64,000 nucleotides of DNA from Rickettsia typhi (GTDB taxonomy: Bacteria; Pseudomonadota; Alphaproteobacteria; Rickettsiales; UBA1997): assembly GCA_945862535.1 (NCBI GenBank), contig CAMAYG010000006.1, positions 5,678 through 69,677 of the forward strand, read 5' to 3'. Shown one piece after another: positions 20,650 through 30,949 of this stretch (position 1 is its first letter; every line of letters begins with the position of its first letter). A program made the position numbers and the translations under genes. The notes under the pieces were generated by a model that worked only from the letters and a program-made list of their open reading frames with translations, had not been told where the DNA came from and made no database searches.

Positions 20650-21663
20650 TTATTGCAAAAGTTTAAGTAAAGATTCTAGTTCTTGTAAATCTTGTGGCAA
20701 ATCAACCTCAAAATTCATCTCTTCTTTACTTCTGGGGTGTATGAAGCTTATTTTATAAGAATGAAGAGCCTGTCTTGTAAAGGTTTTTAGCCACTCTTCG
20801 AGGTTTTTCCCTTCTTGAGTTATTAGTTGATCTTGATGGAGATTTTTCTTGCATCTGTTATATGACTGATCGCCAATAATCGAATGTTTTAAAAACTCTA
20901 GATGGGTGCGGATTTGGTGAGTTCTTCCTGTATCAAGCTTGCATTCAATAAGTGAAGCAAAATTATTAGCAAATATTTTAATTGTTTTGTAATTGGTAAC
21001 CGCTCTTTTGCCTATTGTTTTACTGGCTATCATTCTTAGCCTGTTGCTGTGGTCTCTGGTGATGTGGGTGTCTATCTTACCAACAGCGGGGGTAATAGAG
21101 CCATAGATAAAAGCTAGATATCGGCGATCGATAGTTCGCTGTTCAAGATCTTGACTTAAAGCCAAATGAGTAAAATTATTCTTTGCAACGAGCATCAATC
21201 CACTAGTGTCTTTGTCTAGTCGATGAACTATTCCGGGGCGAAATTCGCCACTAATATCGGAAAGTTGATTTTGGAAATTAAAAATTAGACCATTTACTAA
21301 TGTATTACTAGAATTGCCAATACCCGGGTGAACCGTTAAACCATGGGGTTTGTTTATTACCATTAGGTCTTCATCCTGATAAACTACTGCAAATTTTACA
21401 TCGGTGGCAACAAGGTTTTCTACCGCTTTTTCTTGATAATTAACGATAATAACCTGATTAACTGCCGTTTTATGTGCCAAATTTTCAATTGGCTGACCCT
21501 GAGAATTGATAATTAAGCTATTGGCCGCAAGTTGCTGGATTTGGCTTCTGGTTATTTCTGGCTTGATTTTAGCAAATTCTTGAGCTAGGTATTTGTCTAT
21601 TCTGATTCCTAGGTTTTCCTCGCCAACAACAAAGCGAAAATTAAGATGTTTAGAATTATTCAT
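20650..21663 (-). CDS. rluD: RluA/RluD family 23S rRNA pseudouridine synthase
   Basis: S4-like N-terminus, INKP.GL.VHPG, RPGIVHRLDKDTSG, TGRTHQIR. Confidence 0.88.
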   Translation of the reverse strand: MNNSKHLNFRFVVGEENLGIRIDKYLAQEFAKIKPEITRSQIQQLAANSLIINSQGQPIENLAHKTAVNQVIIVNYQEKAVENLVATDVKFAVVYQDEDLMVINKPHGLTVHPGIGNSSNTLVNGLIFNFQNQLSDISGEFRPGIVHRLDKDTSGLMLVAKNNFTHLALSQDLEQRTIDRRYLAFIYGSITPAVGKIDTHITRDHSNRLRMIASKTIGKRAVTNYKTIKIFANNFASLIECKLDTGRTHQIRTHLEFLKHSIIGDQSYNRCKKNLHQDQLITQEGKNLEEWLKTFTRQALHSYKISFIHPRSKEEMNFEVDLPQDLQELESLLKLLQ

Positions 21664-21995
21664 TTGTAATTATTTGGTTATATTTTTAAAATATATCTTG
21701 AAAAATCTTTTAACCTTTGTTAAATTGGCTTTATTAAGTTTTTCAGTATTTAATCGATATATTTTGACAATGTTGTAAAATAATTTATTTGTAAAATAAT
21801 TTATTACGAAAATAAATATTTACAGTACTTATAATGCAATTATGCGGTCATTTATAATAACGGCACTTTTTATTATCGAGTTCGACGATAAGTGACTTGC
21901 GATAAACTGGCAGAATTTACAACAGCTCAATTTTAGCTAAGCTTTATGATTAGATTTTAATTGAGAATATATATATTACAAGCACCAAATAATCA

Positions 21996-23102
21996 ATGAA
22001 AATAATTAATATCGTTCTTACTAACAGAAGTGGCGGTCTCGAGCAGGCTTTTTGCGACTACTCTTATAATTTAAAAGCTATGGGACACGAGGTATTAGCA
22101 ATAGTTCTTGCCGATGCTCCATATCAAAATCAACTTCAAGAAATTGCTATAAATTTCTTAACCATTGAAAATAAATTTGGTTATTACGATTTTTTTGCAG
22201 TTAATCAGATTAAAAACATTATTGCAAATTTTGATGCCGATGCCATAATATCCCATGCTGGGCGATCAACATTTTTGGCAAAAAAGGCAATTAAAAAAAT
22301 TAAGCATCGCAAAATATTTCAAATCGCAGTAAATCATAGCAAAAATGTTAAAAGATCCATCGGTTGCGATATGATTTTTTCTGTCAACAAAGAGATATTT
22401 TTTCAAACTATCGATGCCGGACAGCCAGAAAGTAGAAGTTTTGTTATTCCTAATGCAATCAATACTTCCGACATCGCACAAAATAACAACAGCACTAGCC
22501 CCGTTAGTAATATAGCTAATAATCATATTATCACAATTGGAACAATTGGCAGGCTTCACTTTAGCAAAGGTTTTGACTTACTAATCGATAGTTTTATCAA
22601 AATTTCTAACGAATATAATGCCCATAGTTTTGTGTTAAAAATTGCCGGGGACGGGCCAGAATTAACCAAACTTCAATCGATGGCAAAGAGGCTTAACAGC
22701 CAAAAAGCAAATTCGATTCAATTTCTTGGCTGGATCGAAAATAAAGCAGATTTCTTTAATTCAATAGATATTTTTGTTTTACCATCTAGAACCGAGCCTT
22801 TTGGAATTGTATTGCTAGAAGCAATGAAATTTCGTAAACCAATTATTTCAACCAATTGCGAAGGACCAAGAGAAGTTATTACCAACAACATAAACGGGAT
22901 TTTAGTTGACAATAAATCTAGCGAAGATTATATTACCGACGGTATCAAAGAAGCGGTTATTAAAATTGTTGAAAACGCAGAATTTACTAGCAAAATCATT
23001 AACAATGGCTCTATTAAGCTAGAAAAACACTATTCTTTTTCCGCAATGCAAAGAAATTTTGCCGAATTTTTCAATATAACCACTAAAGCAGACAAATCTT
23101 AG
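21996..23102 (+). CDS. glycosyltransferase family 4
   Basis: SGGLEQ, GRL...KGFD, PSRTEPFGIVLLEAM. Confidence 0.9.
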   Translation: MKIINIVLTNRSGGLEQAFCDYSYNLKAMGHEVLAIVLADAPYQNQLQEIAINFLTIENKFGYYDFFAVNQIKNIIANFDADAIISHAGRSTFLAKKAIKKIKHRKIFQIAVNHSKNVKRSIGCDMIFSVNKEIFFQTIDAGQPESRSFVIPNAINTSDIAQNNNSTSPVSNIANNHIITIGTIGRLHFSKGFDLLIDSFIKISNEYNAHSFVLKIAGDGPELTKLQSMAKRLNSQKANSIQFLGWIENKADFFNSIDIFVLPSRTEPFGIVLLEAMKFRKPIISTNCEGPREVITNNINGILVDNKSSEDYITDGIKEAVIKIVENAEFTSKIINNGSIKLEKHYSFSAMQRNFAEFFNITTKADKS

Positions 23103-23173
23103 TTAGAATAAATCTTGATACAATAAATTCTAACAAAAAACCGCTAAAAGCCAATTAATTATTTTACTTCTTA

Positions 23174-25651
23174 ATGAACAAATTTTTTAAGTTATTTTCA
23201 ATCTTTACAGTTATTGCCTTAACTTTAGTTTCAACAATAGTCTTTGCAATGTTTTATCATTACGGCAAAGACCTGCCAGATTATCAGCAGCTCAAAGATT
23301 ATCATCCAATGATGAGCACCAGAATCTATGCATCGGACGGCACAATCATAACAGAATTCTCTAAAGAAAAAAGAATCTTTGTTGCCGTCGACAAAATTCC
23401 AAATAATCTTAAAAATGCCTTTTTGGCCGCAGAAGATGCAGATTTCTATCGACATTCTGGAATTAATGTAATGGCAATATTTCGTGCCGCTACTAACAAT
23501 ATTCTTTCTTCTTTTCGCGGAAAAGACCGTGTTTTTGGGGCTTCAACCATTACTCAGCAAGTAGTAAAAAATTTTTTATTAACCAATGAAAGAACTTTTC
23601 AGCGAAAAATAAAAGAAGCGATACTTGCCTATAAAATTAGTCAGGCTATCGATAAAGACAAAATTCTAGAATTATATCTCAATCAAATATATCTAGGATC
23701 AGGTGTTTATGGTGTTGCGGCGGCCTCACAAAATTATTTCAACAAATCAATAGACGAGCTTACGATTGAGGAAAATGCTCTACTTGCAACCCTTCCCAAA
23801 GCTCCATCAAAGCTAGACCCTCGTAAAAATATTGAAAAAGCCAAAGAAAGGCGAGATTGGGTAATTAGCAGAATGTTAAAAGAAGGTTTTATTACCGAGC
23901 AAGAAGCCTTAATTGCAACCGAAAAGCCAATTAATCTCCAAATAAAGTCAGAAGAAGAATTGACTAAAGCAGATTTCTTTGCCGACAGTGTAAAGAAAGA
24001 ACTAAACGAATTATATGGTTCCGATAAAGTTTTTGAAGATGGTATTGTTGTTAACACCACTCTCAACCCAAAATTACAAGAAATGGCAGAAAAGTTCTTT
24101 AATATTGGCATCGAAACCTACGACCAGAAACATGGTTATCGCGGGCCAATAGCAAAAATTGATTCGATGCAGAATTGGAACGAGAATTTAGCTAAAATTA
24201 TCATCGAAAAACCCTATAAAAAGACTTGGAAAAAAGCCGTTGTTGTTGCGGTGGCTAAAGATTTTGCAACGATTGGCTTAGAAAATGGCGAACTAGGAAA
24301 TATTGACTTTCCATCATTAAAATGGGCAAGGAAGCAGATTGGCGAAAATCGCATCGGCTATGCAGTTAAGAAAGTGAGCGATGTTCTAAATGTTGGCGAT
24401 GTCATATTTGCAGAAAAAAACGAAAATAAATATTATTTAAAACAATTACCCGAAGTTAACGGTGCATTTATTGCCATCGATCCACATAGCGGTAAAGTTC
24501 TAGCAATGATGGGTGGCTATGTCGACAACCCTAATCAATTCAACAGAGCAACACAAGCAATGAGGCAACCGGGCTCTACTATGAAAACCTTTGCTTATAT
24601 TGCGGCATTAGAAAACGGAATGAATCCTACAACAATAATTGTTGATGAGCCAATAGCAATAGATCAGGGTTATGGCATGCCTCCCTACAGCCCAACTAAC
24701 TATTCTCACGAATTCTACGGACCAAATACAATCAGAACGGCACTGGAGCAATCGCGAAATGTTTCTACTGTCAAAATGGTATCGCAAATAGGAATCGACA
24801 AAGTGGTAGATGTTGTTAAAAGATTTGGGGTTAGTGAAAATCCTCAGGCAGTTTATTCTTTAGCATTAGGCTCGGTTGAAACCAGCCTAATAAAAATGGT
24901 TACCGCTTATGCAATAATGGCAAATGGCGGTAATAAAATTACACCCGCATTGATAGAAAAGATACAAGATCGCGACGGCAAAACAATATATAAAAGAGAT
25001 CAAAGAATTTGCAATTCTTGCTTATTAACCGCCGAAGATTCTAAGCTTAGTAGCAATGCAAAACCTCCGGAATTAGCCTCTAATAACGAACAAGTTACAG
25101 ATTCTGCCACCGCATATCAAATTACCTCGATGCTTCAAGGAGTAACCGAAAGAGGCACGGCGGCAAGTGCTAAAGCTATTGGTAAAATAGTTGCTGGAAA
25201 AACAGGAACAACCAATAATTCTTACGATTCTTGGTTTGTTGGCTTTTCGCCAGATTTAGTAGCCGGAGTTTATATTGGTTTTGATAACCCAAAAAGCCTA
25301 GGAAAAGAAGAAACTGGGGCATCTATTGCCTTACCAATATTTGTTAATTTTATGAAGGAAGCATTAAAAGATCAGCCAAATAAGCCTTTTAGGGTGCCAA
25401 ATAGTGTAAAAATGGTAAAAATTAATCGTAAAACTGGTAAATATTCTACTCCAGACACTCCAAAAGAAGCGATATTTCTGGAAGCTCTAAAAATAGACGA
25501 GGAAATCTTAGAAAACAACGAAGAAGAAGAGTCTGAAAATGTCGACAGCGAAGAGGTTCAGCAAAATAACAATGACAACACCATCCACAAAGATGAGCCA
25601 GCAGAAACTGAAAATAATAATATTGACAATAACAATGGCGGTGTTTGGTAA
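23174..25651 (+). CDS. mrcA: penicillin-binding protein 1A
   Basis: AAEDADFY, GASTITQQVVKN, RKIKE, RQPGSTMK, SRN, KTGTTN. Confidence 0.93.
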   Translation: MNKFFKLFSIFTVIALTLVSTIVFAMFYHYGKDLPDYQQLKDYHPMMSTRIYASDGTIITEFSKEKRIFVAVDKIPNNLKNAFLAAEDADFYRHSGINVMAIFRAATNNILSSFRGKDRVFGASTITQQVVKNFLLTNERTFQRKIKEAILAYKISQAIDKDKILELYLNQIYLGSGVYGVAAASQNYFNKSIDELTIEENALLATLPKAPSKLDPRKNIEKAKERRDWVISRMLKEGFITEQEALIATEKPINLQIKSEEELTKADFFADSVKKELNELYGSDKVFEDGIVVNTTLNPKLQEMAEKFFNIGIETYDQKHGYRGPIAKIDSMQNWNENLAKIIIEKPYKKTWKKAVVVAVAKDFATIGLENGELGNIDFPSLKWARKQIGENRIGYAVKKVSDVLNVGDVIFAEKNENKYYLKQLPEVNGAFIAIDPHSGKVLAMMGGYVDNPNQFNRATQAMRQPGSTMKTFAYIAALENGMNPTTIIVDEPIAIDQGYGMPPYSPTNYSHEFYGPNTIRTALEQSRNVSTVKMVSQIGIDKVVDVVKRFGVSENPQAVYSLALGSVETSLIKMVTAYAIMANGGNKITPALIEKIQDRDGKTIYKRDQRICNSCLLTAEDSKLSSNAKPPELASNNEQVTDSATAYQITSMLQGVTERGTAASAKAIGKIVAGKTGTTNNSYDSWFVGFSPDLVAGVYIGFDNPKSLGKEETGASIALPIFVNFMKEALKDQPNKPFRVPNSVKMVKINRKTGKYSTPDTPKEAIFLEALKIDEEILENNEEEESENVDSEEVQQNNNDNTIHKDEPAETENNNIDNNNGGVW

Positions 25652-25716
25652 TATTTTTCACAAATTTTAAAAAAGCAATAGCATTCAACAAATTAATTAA
25701 AAGTTCTAATAAAAAT

Positions 25717-27066
25717 ATGCAACAAAACAATCAAAAAAACTGGACACCTTCTTCTTGGCGAAATTTTACCGCAAAGCAACAACCTCAATATCCAGACCAA
25801 AAACACCTGCAAGAGGTCGAAAATCAGTTACAAAATTTTCCTCCGCTTGTTTCTTGCGACGAAATTGAAAATCTAAAAAAAGAATTAGCAATGGTTGCCA
25901 ACGGTCAAGCTTTTCTTTTACAAGGAGGAGATTGTGCCGAAAGCTTTTCCGAATTCTCTCACGGTAATTTAAAAAACTTCTTCCGCACCATAATGCAGAT
26001 GACTGTAGCCCTAATGTATGGTATAAAAAAACCTGTGGTAAAAATTGGCCGTGTTGCCGGGCAATATGCCAAACCCAGATCACAAGATTCTGAAACCATC
26101 GACAACCTAGAATTACCTAGTTACAGAGGCGATATTATTAATTCGATAGATTTTAACGAAGAATCGAGAACTGCTAATCCTAAGAGGCTAATAGATTCAT
26201 ATTTTTACTCTTCTGCATCGCTAAATTACTTACGATCTCTTGCTTTAGGAGGTTATGGCAATCTTATTAAAGTTAACGAATGGAACAAGGATTTTGCTCA
26301 TAGTTTAACCAGTCGTAAATCGGCAGAAATGGTTGTTGAAAATATTAACGACTTTCTGCAATTTATGAATGCTTGCGGAATCGATTTTAATAATATTCCG
26401 CAAATCACAACTGCAAATTTTTTTACTTCTCACGAAGCATTGTTGCTGAACTATGAACAAAGCTTTACCAAAATCTCGGCCGATAATCAAGAATACTACA
26501 ACACTTCCGCTCACTTCTTATGGATAGGCGATCGCACAAGGAATATTAACGAAGCTCATATTGAATATATGCGAGGCATTGCAAACCCTATTGGCTTTAA
26601 GGTTGGTCCATCAATTAAAGTCGAAGAATTAGTAGCGCTAATAGATATCCTTAACCCCAATAATATCCCTGGTAAAATTACCTTAATATCAAGGATGGGA
26701 GCCGAACAAATTGCCAAAATATTGCCTCCTTTAGTAAAAGCAACAAAAAATAAATCTGTCATCTGGATTTGTGACCCAATGCACGGCAACACCATAAAAA
26801 GTTCTAATGGTTTCAAAACCCGTAAATTCGACGATATTTTAAAAGAAATAAGCGAATTCTTCCGCATTCATCGCGAAATAGGCACTTATGCAGGCGGAGT
26901 TCATTTTGAAATGACGGGGCAAGATGTAACCGAATGCCTAGGCGGTAATCAGAAAATATCAGAGCTAAATCTTCACGATCGCTACCATACTCACTGCGAT
27001 CCACGGCTTAACTCTTCCCAAAGTGTTGAGCTTGCTTTTGCAATCGCCGAAATTCTTGCCAAATAA
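25717..27066 (+). CDS. class II DAHP synthase
   Basis: LLQGGDCAESF, GQYAKPRS, LWIGDRTR, CDPMHGNT, CDPRLN; start taken at ATG 25717. Confidence 0.93.
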   Translation: MQQNNQKNWTPSSWRNFTAKQQPQYPDQKHLQEVENQLQNFPPLVSCDEIENLKKELAMVANGQAFLLQGGDCAESFSEFSHGNLKNFFRTIMQMTVALMYGIKKPVVKIGRVAGQYAKPRSQDSETIDNLELPSYRGDIINSIDFNEESRTANPKRLIDSYFYSSASLNYLRSLALGGYGNLIKVNEWNKDFAHSLTSRKSAEMVVENINDFLQFMNACGIDFNNIPQITTANFFTSHEALLLNYEQSFTKISADNQEYYNTSAHFLWIGDRTRNINEAHIEYMRGIANPIGFKVGPSIKVEELVALIDILNPNNIPGKITLISRMGAEQIAKILPPLVKATKNKSVIWICDPMHGNTIKSSNGFKTRKFDDILKEISEFFRIHREIGTYAGGVHFEMTGQDVTECLGGNQKISELNLHDRYHTHCDPRLNSSQSVELAFAIAEILAK

Positions 27067-27070
27067 TAAA

Positions 27071-28051
27071 ATGCTAAATAACGAAAACCAAATTCAACAA
27101 AATACTGTTAATTTAAATCAAATACCTCCTGAAGGCAATAAAAAACATCTAACTATTGCTTTAGTTGGCGCACCTAATGCAGGAAAATCAACACTTGCCA
27201 ATGCTTTAATTGGCGAAAAAGTCTTAATAGTTTCGCCAAAGCCCCAAACAACTCGCAACAGTATCAAGGCAATAGCAATTCACCACAATACTCAGCTAAT
27301 TCTTATCGATACCCCAGGGCTTTTTATTCCTAAGCAAGACAGGCTACTGGAAAGAATTATTGTTAAATCTGCTTGGCAAGGCTTAAGAGATGCCGAATAT
27401 ATTCTTTTTATTTTCGATGCATCAAGCCCTGTCTCGGAAAAAACTATCAATCTTTTAACAGATCTCAAAAAAGAAGAAAAGCCAATTACTATTGTTTTAA
27501 ACAAGATCGATCTTCTTAAAAAAACCAAACTATTATTGGTTATCGAAAAATTTGCTAGCTGTGGCTTTGAAGACATAAGAATGATCTCGGCAAAAGAAAA
27601 TCTTGGAATTGAAGAATTAAAATCTTCTTTAACTGAAAAGGCAACAGAACGAGGCTGGCCTTTTGACCCAGAAGATTTAACCAATGCTTCGATGCAATTT
27701 TTGGCTACAGAAATTACACGGGAACAGCTATTTATTGCACTGGAACAAGAGCTTCCTTATTCGTTAACAGTCAAGAACGAAATGTATCAAATACTCGACA
27801 ACAAAGAGATAAAAATTAAACAAGTTATTTTAGTAGAAAAAGAAAGTCAGAAAAAAATCATCTTAGGACGAGCCGGCAGATCTATTAAAGAAATTGGCAC
27901 CAAGGCAAGGGAAGAAATAGCAAAACTAGCAGGAACGAAGGTTCATTTATATCTATTTGTTAAAGTAGAAAATGACTGGATGCATAATAGCGAAAATTAT
28001 CAAATGATCGATCTCGACAAAATACCAAAAAAAAGCAAGAATAATAGCTAG
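27071..28051 (+). CDS. era: GTPase Era
   Basis: GAPNAGKS, PQTTR, DTPG, NKID, KH domain; start taken at ATG 27071. Confidence 0.95.
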   Translation: MLNNENQIQQNTVNLNQIPPEGNKKHLTIALVGAPNAGKSTLANALIGEKVLIVSPKPQTTRNSIKAIAIHHNTQLILIDTPGLFIPKQDRLLERIIVKSAWQGLRDAEYILFIFDASSPVSEKTINLLTDLKKEEKPITIVLNKIDLLKKTKLLLVIEKFASCGFEDIRMISAKENLGIEELKSSLTEKATERGWPFDPEDLTNASMQFLATEITREQLFIALEQELPYSLTVKNEMYQILDNKEIKIKQVILVEKESQKKIILGRAGRSIKEIGTKAREEIAKLAGTKVHLYLFVKVENDWMHNSENYQMIDLDKIPKKSKNNS

Positions 28052-28244
28052 AACAGCCAGATATTTTATTTTAATTTATCAATTAGTTTTTTAAAACCTA
28101 CTTGCAAAGTAAAAAATAGCCAATATTTTGATTATAAATCTATAAATTAACAGAGTTGTTGCAAGGTAAATTTATTCTGGTTCAAATATTGCAATCAAGA
28201 TAAAAACATGCAACAAGTAAAATAACAATCTAAAATAACTAAAA

Positions 28245-28610
28245 ATGAAATTTACTAAAGATCACGAATGGGTTCTTGTTAATGGCAATATTGCCACCAT
28301 TGGTATAACTCAATATGCCGCAGATGCATTGGGCGAGTTAGTTTATGTAGAATTACCAAATATTGGCAATGCTTACGAAGTAGGAAAGCCATTTGCCGTG
28401 GTAGAATCTTCTAAATCGGCAAGCGATGTATATATGCCAATATCTGGCAAAATTGTCGAAGTTAATTCTTCATTAAATAACACTCCAGAGCTTATCAACA
28501 ATTCTCCTTTACAAGACGGCTGGATTGCAAAAGTCGAAATAACTAACGATTCGCCTCTAAATTCGGCAATGAACGAAGAGGAATATAAAAATTTCTTACA
28601 AAATCAATAA
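28245..28610 (+). CDS. gcvH: glycine cleavage system H protein (lipoyl carrier)
   Basis: HEWV, GIT.YA...LGE.VYV.LP, VESSKSASD lipoyl-Lys motif. Confidence 0.93.
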   Translation: MKFTKDHEWVLVNGNIATIGITQYAADALGELVYVELPNIGNAYEVGKPFAVVESSKSASDVYMPISGKIVEVNSSLNNTPELINNSPLQDGWIAKVEITNDSPLNSAMNEEEYKNFLQNQ

Positions 28611-28626
28611 TTCGAACGATTCAGAA

Positions 28627-29580
28627 TTGGCAACAAATTATAAATTAAACTACAAACATATCGTTATTACTGGCGCTAGTAGTGGTCTTGGGAGGTCATT
28701 AGCTGTTGCTTATACTGCAGATTTTATCAAAAATCTTGCCAAAAATAGTGCAAATGGTAATACAAAATTCTTATTAAGCCTTACTGGCAGAAACTTTGAC
28801 AGGCTAAAAGAAACCGCAACAATTTGCACAAAAATATGGCAAGATCTTACAGTAAATAACAGCAAATATTCTTCACAAACCATTATTTACAGTCCCGACA
28901 ATAGCCCCACCAATAGCCAAAATAACCACCATTTACAAGACGAAGTTACTAATGAAGCAAGGCTAGAAATCGAAATTGCTACAATCGATGTCAATCAATC
29001 GCAAAATCTTGCCGAATTTTTAAATTACATCGACTCAAAATGCCCCGTAGATCTTATAATTGCTAATGCTGGAATTTCTGGCGGAACATCGGCAAATACA
29101 GAATCCGAACGGCAAATCAATCAAATTTTCCACACCAATATCAACGGTGTTTTAAACACGATTCAGCCTCTTATTCCCAAAATGATCGCTCGTAAATCTG
29201 GGCAAATTGCAATAATTTCCTCTTTGGCTGGTTTTCGTGGGCTCGCAAGTTCGCCAGCATATTCAGCAAGTAAGGCGGCCATTAGGGTTTATGGCGAAGC
29301 CCTGCGAGACAATTTAGCAAAATTTTCTGTTAAAGTAAATGTCATTTGCCCTGGCTATGTTAAAACCCCAATGACTGCAATTAATAGTTTCTATATGCCG
29401 TTTATTATCAGTGCCGAAAAAGCTTCACAAATCATCATCGATAACCTCAGAAAAAACAAAGCCAGAATATCTTTTCCTTACCCACTATATTTTGCGGTTT
29501 GGCTAATGGCAATATTACCGCCATCTCTTACAGGAATATTTCTTAGTAAATTACCATCAAAAAAAGCTCTCGACCTTTAA
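28627..29580 (+). CDS. SDR family oxidoreductase
   Basis: TGASSGLG, ANAG, YSASK, PGYV. Confidence 0.9.
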   Translation: MATNYKLNYKHIVITGASSGLGRSLAVAYTADFIKNLAKNSANGNTKFLLSLTGRNFDRLKETATICTKIWQDLTVNNSKYSSQTIIYSPDNSPTNSQNNHHLQDEVTNEARLEIEIATIDVNQSQNLAEFLNYIDSKCPVDLIIANAGISGGTSANTESERQINQIFHTNINGVLNTIQPLIPKMIARKSGQIAIISSLAGFRGLASSPAYSASKAAIRVYGEALRDNLAKFSVKVNVICPGYVKTPMTAINSFYMPFIISAEKASQIIIDNLRKNKARISFPYPLYFAVWLMAILPPSLTGIFLSKLPSKKALDL

Positions 29581-29586
29581 TGCACG

Positions 29587-30087
29587 ATGCAAAGTAACAA
29601 GTTTATGGAAATGGCTTTAGCAGAAGCGAAAAAAGCCCTATTAATTAACGAAGTTCCGGTTGGTGCCGTAATTTGCTATCAAGACAAAATCATTGCCACA
29701 GCCCATAATCTTAACAACACCAACAATAGCCCTTTAGCTCATGCCGAAATCTTAGCAATTTCTCAGGCAACAACAATCCTTAACAGTAAATATCTGACAA
29801 ATTGCGATATATATATCACCCTAGAGCCTTGTATGATGTGCATGGGGGCAATATCGCTTTCAAGAATCAAGAGAATATATTACGGAGCCAAAGATGCCAA
29901 ATTTGGAGCATTAGAAAGTAATAATATTTTTTGGCAAAAAAACTATAGCTATTACAAGCCAGAAGTATATGGCAACATTGCCGAAGAGCATTCAATCAAA
30001 CTTTTAAGTCAATTTTTTAGCGACAAAAGAACGAAATTAAAAATTCCAGAAATTAAAAATGCCACAACAAATCTTAATCACAGCTAA
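29587..30087 (+). CDS. tadA: tRNA adenosine(34) deaminase
   Basis: EVPVGA, HAE, TLEPCMMC. Confidence 0.88.
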   Translation: MQSNKFMEMALAEAKKALLINEVPVGAVICYQDKIIATAHNLNNTNNSPLAHAEILAISQATTILNSKYLTNCDIYITLEPCMMCMGAISLSRIKRIYYGAKDAKFGALESNNIFWQKNYSYYKPEVYGNIAEEHSIKLLSQFFSDKRTKLKIPEIKNATTNLNHS

Positions 30088-30949
30088 GGATTTGGCTAAA
30101 AAATACCAGCTCGTTGCAAAAAAATCACTAGGGCAGAATTTTATCTTCGATCAGAATTTTACTAATAAAATTGTTAAAATAGCCGGAGACATAACAAATA
30201 AAACCGTTATCGAGATAGGCCCCGGCCCCGGAGGGCTTACTCTATCAATCCTTACAGCAAATCCAAAAAAACTAATTGCAATTGAAAAAGACAGAATAGC
30301 AGTAGAAATATTAAAAGATCTAGCGAATCATTTTCCACCTCAGCAACTCGAAATTATTAACCAAGATGCCTTGTCGCTAGACCTAGAAACCTTAACCGAA
30401 GATAGATTTAAAATTATCGCTAACCTGCCCTATAATATTGGCACCGCACTACTAATAAAATGGCTAAAAAACCTTAGCAAAATCGATTCAATCCACATTA
30501 TGCTCCAAAAGGAAGTTGCTCGTCGAATAGTGGCAAAAGTTGGCGATTCTTGCTACGGTCGCCTTGCGGTAATTGCCAATTATCTATGCGATACAAAAAT
30601 TCTGATGACTGTTCCGCCAACTGTCTTTACTCCGCAACCAAAAGTCGATTCGGCAATCGTCGAGCTAATACCAAAAAAATCTTGCAATATTTTGCAACCA
30701 CAATTAAGTTTAGAAATATTAGAAAAAGCGACTGCGATTTTATTTAACCAACCACGAAAGATGCTAAAATCTCCTTTAAAGAAAATGTTCGGCAATGATT
30801 ACATTAACATAATGCAACAGCTAATACCAGATTTAAACACCAACCTTAGGCCCCAGAATCTTGCCATAACAGATTGCATTACAATCGCAAAATACTATCA
30901 AAAAACAACCACCAACAAATCAACAGATATTAACGACAATAATTTATGA
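30059..30949 (+). CDS. rsmA: 16S rRNA adenine dimethyltransferase KsgA/RsmA
   Basis: KSLGQNF, EIGPGPG, ANLPYNI, PKVDS. Confidence 0.95.
   Translation: MPQQILITAKDLAKKYQLVAKKSLGQNFIFDQNFTNKIVKIAGDITNKTVIEIGPGPGGLTLSILTANPKKLIAIEKDRIAVEILKDLANHFPPQQLEIINQDALSLDLETLTEDRFKIIANLPYNIGTALLIKWLKNLSKIDSIHIMLQKEVARRIVAKVGDSCYGRLAVIANYLCDTKILMTVPPTVFTPQPKVDSAIVELIPKKSCNILQPQLSLEILEKATAILFNQPRKMLKSPLKKMFGNDYINIMQQLIPDLNTNLRPQNLAITDCITIAKYYQKTTTNKSTDINDNNL

Noticed and set aside
21780-21990. Possible small RNA between rluD and the glycosyltransferase
   Set aside because: Only one short hairpin (ttatcg / cgataa); no recognisable family features.
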